Shown here piece after piece: positions 19,153-28,213 of a stretch of 64,000 bases of DNA. Position 1 is the stretch's first letter, and every line of letters begins with the position of its first letter. A model generated the notes under the pieces. It made no database searches and was not told the origin of the DNA. It was given only the letters and a program-made list of their open reading frames with translations. The position numbers were made by a program, and so were the translations under genes. Origin of the DNA: a virus (lineage: Duplodnaviria > Caudoviricetes). The stretch is from IMG/VR virus record IMGVR_UViG_3300010355_000898, positions 205,548-269,547 of that record; one strand, given 5' to 3'.

Positions 19153-21021
19153 ATGGAAACATTGCCATCTTCACAAATTGTTGATATTGATATTCCAAAT
19201 TATGAAGATCAGTTTAACGTACAGTTTGTATACAATTTTTTTGTTGAAGATGAGATGGTGAATACTGTAAATGACTCACAATTGAATTCATCATTGAATA
19301 ATAAGATTTCATCCACAAATCAGAATGTATATGAACAATCATATTTGAAAAGAAAAGTACCAAGATATGTAAAAATTCAAATCTGTAACACTTTACAACA
19401 GTCTGGAAAAAATTCACAAGCTGAAATCTATTACACACAATTGAAATCTTTAAATGGGTTGATCAAATCAAATCTTGACAGATTGATTGATGAAGATGTT
19501 GCAGCAACGTTCAGATACTATAGTGTAAACTATTATGATGTTAGCACAGATGCAAGAAACAATTATGTGATTTCCGGATCATACACCATGTTGAAAGCGA
19601 CAGATGTGTTTGCGCCAATTTCACAAACAAAAACTACTCAACAACAATTTTTGAATGCTCTATCACCAAAAGCACACAATGAAATATCAAACAAATATAA
19701 CAATTATGATCAGAATGCATTCATAAACTTAAATGTAAAAGTGAATTCACAATTGTTATCAAAGGTCATTGACGATAATAATAGCAGATTTGTGGTGAAC
19801 ACAAATATGAATACAAATACGCCAATTGACAATTTGCAAGGAGTTGGCATAAACAGTTTTCAATTATCTGAAGCAGATTATAGATTGATACTCAAACCAA
19901 TTAGTGTTTCAACACTACAGCATGGCAATGTTCAAATTTCATCATATCAAACAAATCTTGTTGGCTATGTCATAACAAAAAAAAGAATAAATTTAGATGG
20001 AACATATGCTTCATTTGAACAGTTGACAGTTGAGACACCAGATATATCAACGATATACGATACAGATATTTTGTTTGGTGCAGTGTATGAATACACAATA
20101 AGTTCTGTGTACAAGATTGATATTCCAGCTATTGATATTTTAACAGGTGAAGGAGTGTATGCTTCATTTCTATTCAAATCAAAACAATCATCAACCAAAA
20201 CAGTGATTTGTGATGAGATGATACCACCTAAGCCACCAACAAATTTGATGTTTATTTGGGACAATATGTCAGGTGTTGAGAATGTTTTACAGTATGATCA
20301 GCTAACAAATGAATATGTGAATTCTCCAACGTCAAGAGGAAGATTGATCATTTCATGGTCATTTCCAATTGGAACGCAATTGGATGTGAAACAATTTCAA
20401 ATTTTCAGAAAAAAGAAACCAAGATATGGAACTTTTTATGACATTCCATATGAGCTGATAAAAGTGTACAATTTTGACAATTCAGTCATTCCAATGAAAA
20501 GTGATGACAATAATGTTGATACAAAATTGATTGAAAAAATGTCAAATCCAAAAACATTCTTTATTGATGAGGAATTTGATAAAAATTCAGATTATGCATA
20601 CACAATTTGTGCAGTTGATGCGCATGGCTATACTTCAAACTATTCATCACAATTTGAAGTTTGGTTTGATCAAACTTCAGAAAAATTGAAGAAACGATTG
20701 TTATCAATTCAGGGTGCACCAAAAGCATATCCAAACATATATGCAAATTTTGATATGTTTAATGACCTGATTAGGGTAAATGGTCCTAGAGCGACAAAAT
20801 TTGATCTATATTTTAATCCAGAAGTTTACAAAATTCAGAAGGGTGACGATATTGTTGATGCTATAGCAACAATTCAAGATAATGTCTTGAAAGACAACAA
20901 TGCAAAACGTTATTTGATTGATGTCGTAAATACAGATACAGCAACAGGATGTGATACCAGTGTGTACATAACAACACAAAATGTTGTATCACCAATCATG
21001 TCATTTGCAATGAGACAATGA
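19153..21021 (+). CDS. Hypothetical protein with FN3-like domains
   Basis: PPKPPTNL..W, LIISW, YAYTICAVDAHGYTS. Confidence 0.5.
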   Translation: METLPSSQIVDIDIPNYEDQFNVQFVYNFFVEDEMVNTVNDSQLNSSLNNKISSTNQNVYEQSYLKRKVPRYVKIQICNTLQQSGKNSQAEIYYTQLKSLNGLIKSNLDRLIDEDVAATFRYYSVNYYDVSTDARNNYVISGSYTMLKATDVFAPISQTKTTQQQFLNALSPKAHNEISNKYNNYDQNAFINLNVKVNSQLLSKVIDDNNSRFVVNTNMNTNTPIDNLQGVGINSFQLSEADYRLILKPISVSTLQHGNVQISSYQTNLVGYVITKKRINLDGTYASFEQLTVETPDISTIYDTDILFGAVYEYTISSVYKIDIPAIDILTGEGVYASFLFKSKQSSTKTVICDEMIPPKPPTNLMFIWDNMSGVENVLQYDQLTNEYVNSPTSRGRLIISWSFPIGTQLDVKQFQIFRKKKPRYGTFYDIPYELIKVYNFDNSVIPMKSDDNNVDTKLIEKMSNPKTFFIDEEFDKNSDYAYTICAVDAHGYTSNYSSQFEVWFDQTSEKLKKRLLSIQGAPKAYPNIYANFDMFNDLIRVNGPRATKFDLYFNPEVYKIQKGDDIVDAIATIQDNVLKDNNAKRYLIDVVNTDTATGCDTSVYITTQNVVSPIMSFAMRQ

Positions 21022-21097
21022 ATTTACATTTTTGATTGATGCAAATTTTGTAGTATTGATATGAGATAGAGACGTATAAGTAAATAATGAGTTACAT

Positions 21098-21799
21098 ATG
21101 GGATTTCTTGACAACAGCACAAACAACATAATTCTTGATGCAGTTTTGACTGATACAGGACGTCAATTCATTGCAAAACAGGATGGATCATTTTTGATTC
21201 ATAAATTTGCTTTTAGTGATGATGAGGTCGACTATTCAATTATTCAAAAGTATGGAAGACAAATTGGTAGAGAAAAGATTGAAAAGAATACACCAATCTT
21301 TGAAGCAATAACAAATCAATCACAATCTCAAAAATATAAGTTGGTTAGCATATCAAATCCAAATTTGACAAGATTGCCAAAACTTGATCTGATTAACACA
21401 ACTTCAAATACAATTACGTTAGGCAGAAATAACAAAAAATATTCAGCAATATCAATTGAGCAATCAATTCAGGATGGTTCGACAATAGATGTTGAATTGA
21501 GAGATCAAACATTTACTGTTGAATTGAATAATCTGTTTCTTGAAGTTCAAAAAGAAGTTCCAGAATTGATTGATGGATATCAGAAAGCAACATATCTTTT
21601 GACAAGATCATCTTCAGTTACATCAGCTTCAGGATCAAAACTTGAATTCACCATCAATGTAAAATCAATAAGTGATACACTTTTTACAACATATGGAACA
21701 ACACAAAATAAATCACAAATAAAAACGTATGTTAAGGTTGTTGGTTTACAATCAGGCGCTGTGAAAGAATTTACAGTTGTGATAGATAAGAACGTATAA
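21098..21799 (+). CDS. Putative baseplate/tail-collar structural protein
   Basis: MGFLDN...DAVLTDTGR...KFAFSDDEVDY, typical of tail-collar-like N-termini in large myoviruses. Confidence 0.55.
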   Translation: MGFLDNSTNNIILDAVLTDTGRQFIAKQDGSFLIHKFAFSDDEVDYSIIQKYGRQIGREKIEKNTPIFEAITNQSQSQKYKLVSISNPNLTRLPKLDLINTTSNTITLGRNNKKYSAISIEQSIQDGSTIDVELRDQTFTVELNNLFLEVQKEVPELIDGYQKATYLLTRSSSVTSASGSKLEFTINVKSISDTLFTTYGTTQNKSQIKTYVKVVGLQSGAVKEFTVVIDKNV

Positions 21800-21813
21800 C
21801 GAGAGAATATTCA

Positions 21814-23022
21814 ATGGCAACCTATAAAGAACTTTTACCAAACAATATCAAAACTGCTAGAACACAATTATCACAAATTGTTGATGTGTTGCAAGAGGAT
21901 ATAAGCGGTTCTGTATCAAGAAAAAAGTATCAACATTTTGTTACGGGTGGGATTGGACCAGGTGTTACATCATCACTTTTTCAAACAGTTTATGATCAAG
22001 ATTTCACAATGCAAACTGCAAACGCTGTATTTGATGTGACAGTTGGTCTATTTGAGGGTGGCGCAACTGTTTTAAACAGTACAACTGGAACTGATGCCGC
22101 TGGAAAATTGCTTTTCCCATCATCATCATTGATGATGAGAGAAAAGATTGACAATTATAAGCAATTTGCTGGTACACTTTTGGGTGATACAACAGCACAA
22201 TTCACGGCACCGTTTGACAGTACAGACACAAGTGATAACATTGATGTTGCAGCATTTTTTGCAATCAAACGTTTGTTTGCAAGAGATCAGATAAAGAGAG
22301 AAACATTTGCTCTAAAATTTTATCAGACTGCTTCACTCAGTAAATATGATGGTGGAACATCAATATCAAATTTGTACAAATCTTCTGAATTGGGTGCTGC
22401 AATCTATACAGATGTTGGCAGTGCAACAAATAAATTGTCAACATTTGGTGGTCAAGTTGGAAATGTTGTGAATGCTGCAGACGTAACCCAAACTGTCGGT
22501 TTGCTATTTTATGATAGAGGAGTATTGGTACTTGATCTTGAAAAATGTACTTCAGGATCACAATTTGTGTCAGGAACAATTGATGCAATGAACAGCTTGG
22601 GTTATCAAACTCTTGGTGCTACAGGAACTGAAACAGCGTTAACATCAAAATTTATACCTGATTTTATTGTTTCAGGTTCAATTGACAACATTGTTGATCA
22701 TCTTTGCTATTCAAGATTTCAATCAGGTTCATATTCAGCAATGTTGTTTCAGAATTCAACAAACATAAACAGTTCACTGATCTATTGTACCGGTGAAGCT
22801 GATGAATTCAACTACAGTTCAAATCCAACATTTACAGATGAAAATGATAGAATAGTTGTTATTGATGAAGGTCAAGAAGATGTTCAACAAACGTTTTCAT
22901 ATATAACAGGTGTTGGACTGTATGATGCAAATGATAATCTGCTTGCAATGGCAAAAACATCAAGACCAATTGAAAAAAGTCCTGAAAGACAAATTACATT
23001 GAGAGTAAGATTGGACGCATAA
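21814..23022 (+). CDS. Putative baseplate/tail structural protein
   Basis: C-terminal FNYSSNPTF...YITGVGLYD..LLAMAKTSRPIEK. Confidence 0.55.
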   Translation: MATYKELLPNNIKTARTQLSQIVDVLQEDISGSVSRKKYQHFVTGGIGPGVTSSLFQTVYDQDFTMQTANAVFDVTVGLFEGGATVLNSTTGTDAAGKLLFPSSSLMMREKIDNYKQFAGTLLGDTTAQFTAPFDSTDTSDNIDVAAFFAIKRLFARDQIKRETFALKFYQTASLSKYDGGTSISNLYKSSELGAAIYTDVGSATNKLSTFGGQVGNVVNAADVTQTVGLLFYDRGVLVLDLEKCTSGSQFVSGTIDAMNSLGYQTLGATGTETALTSKFIPDFIVSGSIDNIVDHLCYSRFQSGSYSAMLFQNSTNINSSLIYCTGEADEFNYSSNPTFTDENDRIVVIDEGQEDVQQTFSYITGVGLYDANDNLLAMAKTSRPIEKSPERQITLRVRLDA

Positions 23023-23042
23023 AGTTTTGATAGTTATGCAAC

Positions 23043-25532
23043 ATGTCATTCTTTAATTTCAATAGTGATGATCTTGAAGTATTTACACTGATAACATATC
23101 CAAGTAGACTTTTTAGCTCAAGCTCAAATGGAGTTATTGGAAGTGTAAATGTTTTCAACAGACGATCACAAATTGAAAAAGATATTGATCCAATATCATC
23201 ATGTGTTAACAGTACACATGATGATGCTGACATATCAAATCAATTGCAATCAATCACTTCAAAATGTGGAGTAAAAGTATCACTAAAACAGTCAATATAT
23301 GATGAGATGACGTCATATATGAATGCTGTGAATTCTCAAAAACAGTCAATCAAAAAACAGAAACAACTTGAAATTTTGAGATCTGTACCGGGAAATGTAT
23401 ATGATACATCTTTTCAAAAAAAGATAATTGCAAAAAATTTGCAATCACATTATAGGGTTGAATATTCTCACAATGATTGGAAATATAACAACTATTGTAG
23501 TCTGAATTTTTATTCAGGATCATCAGTTCCAGAACAGTCTGCACTCCTGTATCCAGATCCAGGAGAGAATCCAAATTCTTCATTGTATGAAGGTTATGTA
23601 ACAGGAACATACAGTCTGCTTGGACCATTCAGCTTTGAATTCTATATCAATCCAAAATATAAACAAGAATCTGAACATTTTAACGCAGGAACAATTTTTC
23701 ATCTTTCATCTTCATACGCTATATCACTTATTTCTGGATCAAAAAGGGACGATTTTGGCAATGCCGAAATGTTCAGATTGCAATTGCAATTGAGCGCTAG
23801 CGCTGATATTAGACCAGATCTTGCTGTTCCTGGAAGTCATCCAAATAATTTCACATTTTTGTCTGATGACAACAGCCTTCAATGGAATAAATGGCATCAC
23901 GTTGTCATCAGATGGGGTACAAGTGATGTTGAATATGGGACCGGTTCTTTTGTTGTTGATGGAGAAGTTAAGGGAACATTTGTTATACCATCACAATCAA
24001 TAGCGCCAAAATTGTTCAAAAACAGTGATAATCCTGCTCTGTTGACAATTGGAAATTATTATGTTGGAACAAATGCTGGCAATAGTTCACAAACAAGATT
24101 TTTTTCATCATATGTATCATACACTGAAGGTCTCAAAGAATTGTCTGCGTTGTCAGATAATCAACCTGAACAGTATGGATTTACAAATCCACTCAATGCT
24201 GAATTGCATGATTTGTCAATAAAGAGATATTACGTAACTGATGATGAAATTATTCAGAATGGTGGTAGAGGACCAGAGATATCTGATGTAATTGATACAG
24301 AAAAGTATGCATTCTATCTTGGGCCACAATTTCATGAATTGTCACCAATTAGAAAAAAGTATGTTAATGATTATGCATCACCCGGTGGATATAAGATCAC
24401 ACCAGTAATGAATATTGACGGTTCAACAAAAACACCTTTTGGAACATTTATGTCAGGTATTGGTGGTAATTACATCAATATTGAAAATCATGTTGTTGAT
24501 GCAACAAATTCAAATTGGCCAAGATGTCACCTGATGTCAAGCTCAATAACTGTTGAAGCATCTGATAATATTGTTGATTGCAATGAAATTCTTTATCAGG
24601 ATGAATTCATTAGGAGAAGAAATACGCTGATACTTCCATGTGATGATGGAAATTTTGTTCCATCATATGTAATTGCACAATTGAATTCAAACAATAACAG
24701 TATGCACACTGATTACGTTGGAAATGTTGACTATTCAATGGTTCAACTTGGAAATGTGTATACATCAAGTTCATTCATAATTTCATCACAATTGTATGCA
24801 GCTCAAGAAGGAACACAAACATTTGCTGATGATCTCATAGGACCAACACCTGAACACCCATTGAGAGCATATGGTCCTGCACTATCTTCATATATGAAGA
24901 GCTTGTACAGAGATGCACACTCTTCTGATGGGTATCAATACTCAAAAGTTTATGCTGAACCAAATGTAATCTATTCCAGAACATTTGATAAGGCTTCAAA
25001 TAATGTTACACTATTCAATATTAGTAACCTCTATTATGGGATGAAGATTAAACCTGGGTCATTTTCAATTAAAGATGTATCCATTACAGGCTCAAATGGT
25101 AGATATGGTATAACGTTGCATGATGATGGGTTTGGTGGGTTGTACAGATCAGATTGTTATGGTAAACAGGCAACCACAAATACAGTTGGAACAGTATTCT
25201 ATGATGAAGGATTGATTGCCATCATAAATCCATATTTGAACCTTTTTGGAAAAGATCAGTTTGAAATATCATTCAAAGGTGTACAAAATGTTCATGTTGC
25301 AAAATATAGTGTGACAGCAAATGCAAATACATTGAACAGCTCAAAAAATCCTTCATACAAATTGTTGTCTGCATCACTCAATGCAAATGATCAGAATTCA
25401 AAATTTGTTGCAATATCAGGTATCAATTTTCATGATGACAATTACAATATTGTTATGAAATCTCAATTGGCACAACCAATTGTTAAGAGAACAACAGATA
25501 CAATAACTTTCAAAGTGAAGTTTGATTTTTGA
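23043..25532 (+). CDS. Putative structural protein with LamG-like domain
   Basis: FSFEFYI, WHHVVIRW, LTIGN; C-terminus paralogous to the 21814 ORF (SKNPSY...LAQPIVK). Confidence 0.55.
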   Translation: MSFFNFNSDDLEVFTLITYPSRLFSSSSNGVIGSVNVFNRRSQIEKDIDPISSCVNSTHDDADISNQLQSITSKCGVKVSLKQSIYDEMTSYMNAVNSQKQSIKKQKQLEILRSVPGNVYDTSFQKKIIAKNLQSHYRVEYSHNDWKYNNYCSLNFYSGSSVPEQSALLYPDPGENPNSSLYEGYVTGTYSLLGPFSFEFYINPKYKQESEHFNAGTIFHLSSSYAISLISGSKRDDFGNAEMFRLQLQLSASADIRPDLAVPGSHPNNFTFLSDDNSLQWNKWHHVVIRWGTSDVEYGTGSFVVDGEVKGTFVIPSQSIAPKLFKNSDNPALLTIGNYYVGTNAGNSSQTRFFSSYVSYTEGLKELSALSDNQPEQYGFTNPLNAELHDLSIKRYYVTDDEIIQNGGRGPEISDVIDTEKYAFYLGPQFHELSPIRKKYVNDYASPGGYKITPVMNIDGSTKTPFGTFMSGIGGNYINIENHVVDATNSNWPRCHLMSSSITVEASDNIVDCNEILYQDEFIRRRNTLILPCDDGNFVPSYVIAQLNSNNNSMHTDYVGNVDYSMVQLGNVYTSSSFIISSQLYAAQEGTQTFADDLIGPTPEHPLRAYGPALSSYMKSLYRDAHSSDGYQYSKVYAEPNVIYSRTFDKASNNVTLFNISNLYYGMKIKPGSFSIKDVSITGSNGRYGITLHDDGFGGLYRSDCYGKQATTNTVGTVFYDEGLIAIINPYLNLFGKDQFEISFKGVQNVHVAKYSVTANANTLNSSKNPSYKLLSASLNANDQNSKFVAISGINFHDDNYNIVMKSQLAQPIVKRTTDTITFKVKFDF

Positions 25533-25924
25533 TGAAAAAGAAGAAAAAGAAATCAGCAAAATTTACAAATGGTATGCACCATTCAACCAAAACAGGTATG
25601 ACATACAACTATAAGAGCAGTTGGGAATTGGCATACATGAAATTTCTCGATAAATCTGATGATGTTAAATCATACCAATATGAACAGGTTATCATAATGT
25701 ATGTATGCAAACTGAAAATGTATAATCTGAGAAAATATCTTCCTGATTTTTTGGTTGAATATTTGGATGGTAGAAAAGAATTGATTGAGATAAAACCTGC
25801 ATCAAAAGTGAAAGACTATCAGGTTGCTGAAAAAGCAAAAATTGCAGAACAGTGGTGCAGAGAACACAATGCAACATTCAAATTTATGACAGAAGTTGAT
25901 CTCAAAAAAATTGGTGTACTATAG
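25532..25924 (+). CDS. TnsA-like endonuclease / T4 gp4-like head completion protein
   Basis: YKSSWE, YLPDFLV, LIEIKP, FKFMTE. Confidence 0.8.
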   Translation: MKKKKKKSAKFTNGMHHSTKTGMTYNYKSSWELAYMKFLDKSDDVKSYQYEQVIIMYVCKLKMYNLRKYLPDFLVEYLDGRKELIEIKPASKVKDYQVAEKAKIAEQWCREHNATFKFMTEVDLKKIGVL

Positions 25925-25931
25925 TGTACAT

Positions 25932-26513
25932 ATGTCTCATTTAATTGGATTTGATATATCAACAACATACATTGGAATAACTGTTCTGAATGCAAATAGA
26001 GATTTTGGCAGTGATGGATTAAACATTGCAAAGCTTGAACACATTGATTTCAAAGATTGCAAAACATTTTGGGAAAAGGCTGACAAAGTTAAAAGTCTTT
26101 TTGAACAATGGAAATTGACAAAACCATTCGATGATATCGAAGAAATATATGTTGAGGATGCCGCAAAAAGGTATTCAACTGGTAAAACTAGTGCTGACAC
26201 AATTGCAACATTGCTAAAGTTCAATGGGCTTGTTTCATATTTTGCAAGATGTGTGTGGAATTGTGAACCTGAAATGATATCGGTTGCACATGCAAGAAAA
26301 TTGTGTGGTTTGAAAATGCAACAGTCAAAAATTTGTCAAAAAACTCATAAAGAACAAACATTTGAGCAGATGATGAACACTGATTTGAAACATATCACTT
26401 GGGAAAAAAAGAAAAAGAGTGAACGAATAGTTGATTGGGCCAATGATATTGTTGACAGTTATGTCATAGCAAAGGCAGGACACAAATCACGTAATCGTCA
26501 ATTTCAAACATGA
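25932..26513 (+). CDS. RuvC-like Holliday junction resolvase
   Basis: IGFDIST..G, IYVED, DIVDSYVIA (RNase H-fold acidic residues). Confidence 0.75.
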   Translation: MSHLIGFDISTTYIGITVLNANRDFGSDGLNIAKLEHIDFKDCKTFWEKADKVKSLFEQWKLTKPFDDIEEIYVEDAAKRYSTGKTSADTIATLLKFNGLVSYFARCVWNCEPEMISVAHARKLCGLKMQQSKICQKTHKEQTFEQMMNTDLKHITWEKKKKSERIVDWANDIVDSYVIAKAGHKSRNRQFQT

Positions 26514-26527
26514 ACATTTGAACATAT

Positions 26528-26555
26528 TGTACATTCAAATGTAATACACTATAAT
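26528..26555 (+). promoter_or_regulatory. Promoter TGTACA-N16-TATAAT, 7 nt before ATG
   Basis: Direct reading. Confidence 0.6.
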
Positions 26556-26562
26556 TGCATCA

Positions 26563-27528
26563 ATGCTTCAGACTACGACGGCAAAAATCAGGTTTATAGA
26601 AAGCATTTTTGGCAAAGGAAATTTGGCTGGCGATGGCATCAATTTTGATGTTAGATGTCCATTTTGTGCGCCAAATGATCACAAAAAAAAGAAACTGGCA
26701 ATCAGACTTGTTGATGATGCAAATCATTGTTGGACTTGCGGGTGGAAATCGAGAACATTAGCACCACTTTTGAAAAAATTGGGTTTAAACCTGCAACTGA
26801 ATGATTATTTGAAAGATTTTCTGAATTCAGATATCTTCATCAGTGAAGAGGTGAAGAATGAAATAAGATTGCCAAAAGATTTCAGATTGATTGTTTTTGG
26901 AAATGATCATGATCCAGATTGCATTGCAATTAAACGATATCTCAATAAACGTGGACTCACAGATGATGATCTGTGGTATCATAAAATAGGCTATTCAAAT
27001 GAGCCAAGGTGGTACAGAAGAGTGATAATACCCTCATATGATGATAGAGGAAATCTGAACTATTTTGTATCAAGAGCAATTGATGCAAACAAAAAACCAA
27101 AATATGATAATCCAAACATTGACAAAAATTTGATCATTTTTGGTGAGCAGAATATAAATTGGTTGAAACCTATCATATTGTGTGAAGGTGTATTTGACGG
27201 TATGAAATGTGGAACAAATTCAATCCCATTGTTGGGAAGTGATTTGAATGAAGATGCATATCTTTTCAGCAAAATATTGGCATATTCACCCAAAATTATA
27301 ATTGCACTTGATGGTGATATGTGGTCAAAGAAAACACCTAAATTGGTAAAAAGTTTGGAAAAATTTTGTATTGATGTCGTTGTCGCAGACACAAGAAGTA
27401 TCATTGATCCAGGATCAGAAACCAAAAGTGTTATGGCAGAGATCATCAATAATGCACAATGTATGACATGGGACAATATTTTTCATGAAAAATTGAATAA
27501 CGCCTCAAGAACAAAATTGTCAATTTGA
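26563..27528 (+). CDS. DnaG-like DNA primase (Zn finger + TOPRIM)
   Basis: CPFC...HCWTC, YLNKRG, RVIIP, KYDNP, CEGVFD, ALDGD. Confidence 0.85.
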   Translation: MLQTTTAKIRFIESIFGKGNLAGDGINFDVRCPFCAPNDHKKKKLAIRLVDDANHCWTCGWKSRTLAPLLKKLGLNLQLNDYLKDFLNSDIFISEEVKNEIRLPKDFRLIVFGNDHDPDCIAIKRYLNKRGLTDDDLWYHKIGYSNEPRWYRRVIIPSYDDRGNLNYFVSRAIDANKKPKYDNPNIDKNLIIFGEQNINWLKPIILCEGVFDGMKCGTNSIPLLGSDLNEDAYLFSKILAYSPKIIIALDGDMWSKKTPKLVKSLEKFCIDVVVADTRSIIDPGSETKSVMAEIINNAQCMTWDNIFHEKLNNASRTKLSI

Positions 27529-27565
27529 ATTGAACAAACAGCAATAAAATGTTGACTATCTTATA

Positions 27566-28213
27566 GTGATAAAGATTGCACACATAAGTGACATTCATAT
27601 CAGAGGTAGAAGTAGACTTGATGAATATCAAGAAATTTTGAGCAAATTCAATTCTGATGTTGAGCGTTTAAATGTTGATCATATATTCATAGGTGGTGAT
27701 ATTTTTCACACAAAAACACAAGGAATAACGCCCGAGTACATTGATTTTCTTGTGTGGTGGTTGAAATCAATGTCATCAATTGCACCAGTCCATATGATAT
27801 TGGGTAACCATGATGGAAATCTTGTTAACTTATCAAGATTGGATGCAATAACGCCAATTGTTGAAGCAATTGGGGATGAAAATATACACTTATATAAGAA
27901 TTCAGGAGTGTATGAATTCCATCCTGGATATACATTCTGTGTCTTTTCAATCTTTGATACAGAAAATTGGCATAAAGTGCTTCCAATTAGTGGAAAAACA
28001 AATATTGCATGTTATCACGGTCCAGTTCATGGTTCAACAACAGAAGTTGGATGGAACATTGAGGGTGAATTGAATGTTGATACATTTAAAGAATTTGATT
28101 TCTGTTTTTTGGGCGACATTCATAAAAAACAGTTTCTTGGTTTTAGAGATGTTGAAATTGAAATTGATGAAAATGATTTGTCAAAATACCCGGGTGCTGA
28201 GGTAATAGAATGA
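27566..28213 (+). CDS. SbcD/Mre11 (gp47-like) nuclease, N-terminal piece
   Basis: SDIH, GDIFH, GNHD, YHG and GDIH motifs; the following YPGS-type motif is in the next ORF. Confidence 0.85.
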   Translation: MIKIAHISDIHIRGRSRLDEYQEILSKFNSDVERLNVDHIFIGGDIFHTKTQGITPEYIDFLVWWLKSMSSIAPVHMILGNHDGNLVNLSRLDAITPIVEAIGDENIHLYKNSGVYEFHPGYTFCVFSIFDTENWHKVLPISGKTNIACYHGPVHGSTTEVGWNIEGELNVDTFKEFDFCFLGDIHKKQFLGFRDVEIEIDENDLSKYPGAEVIE

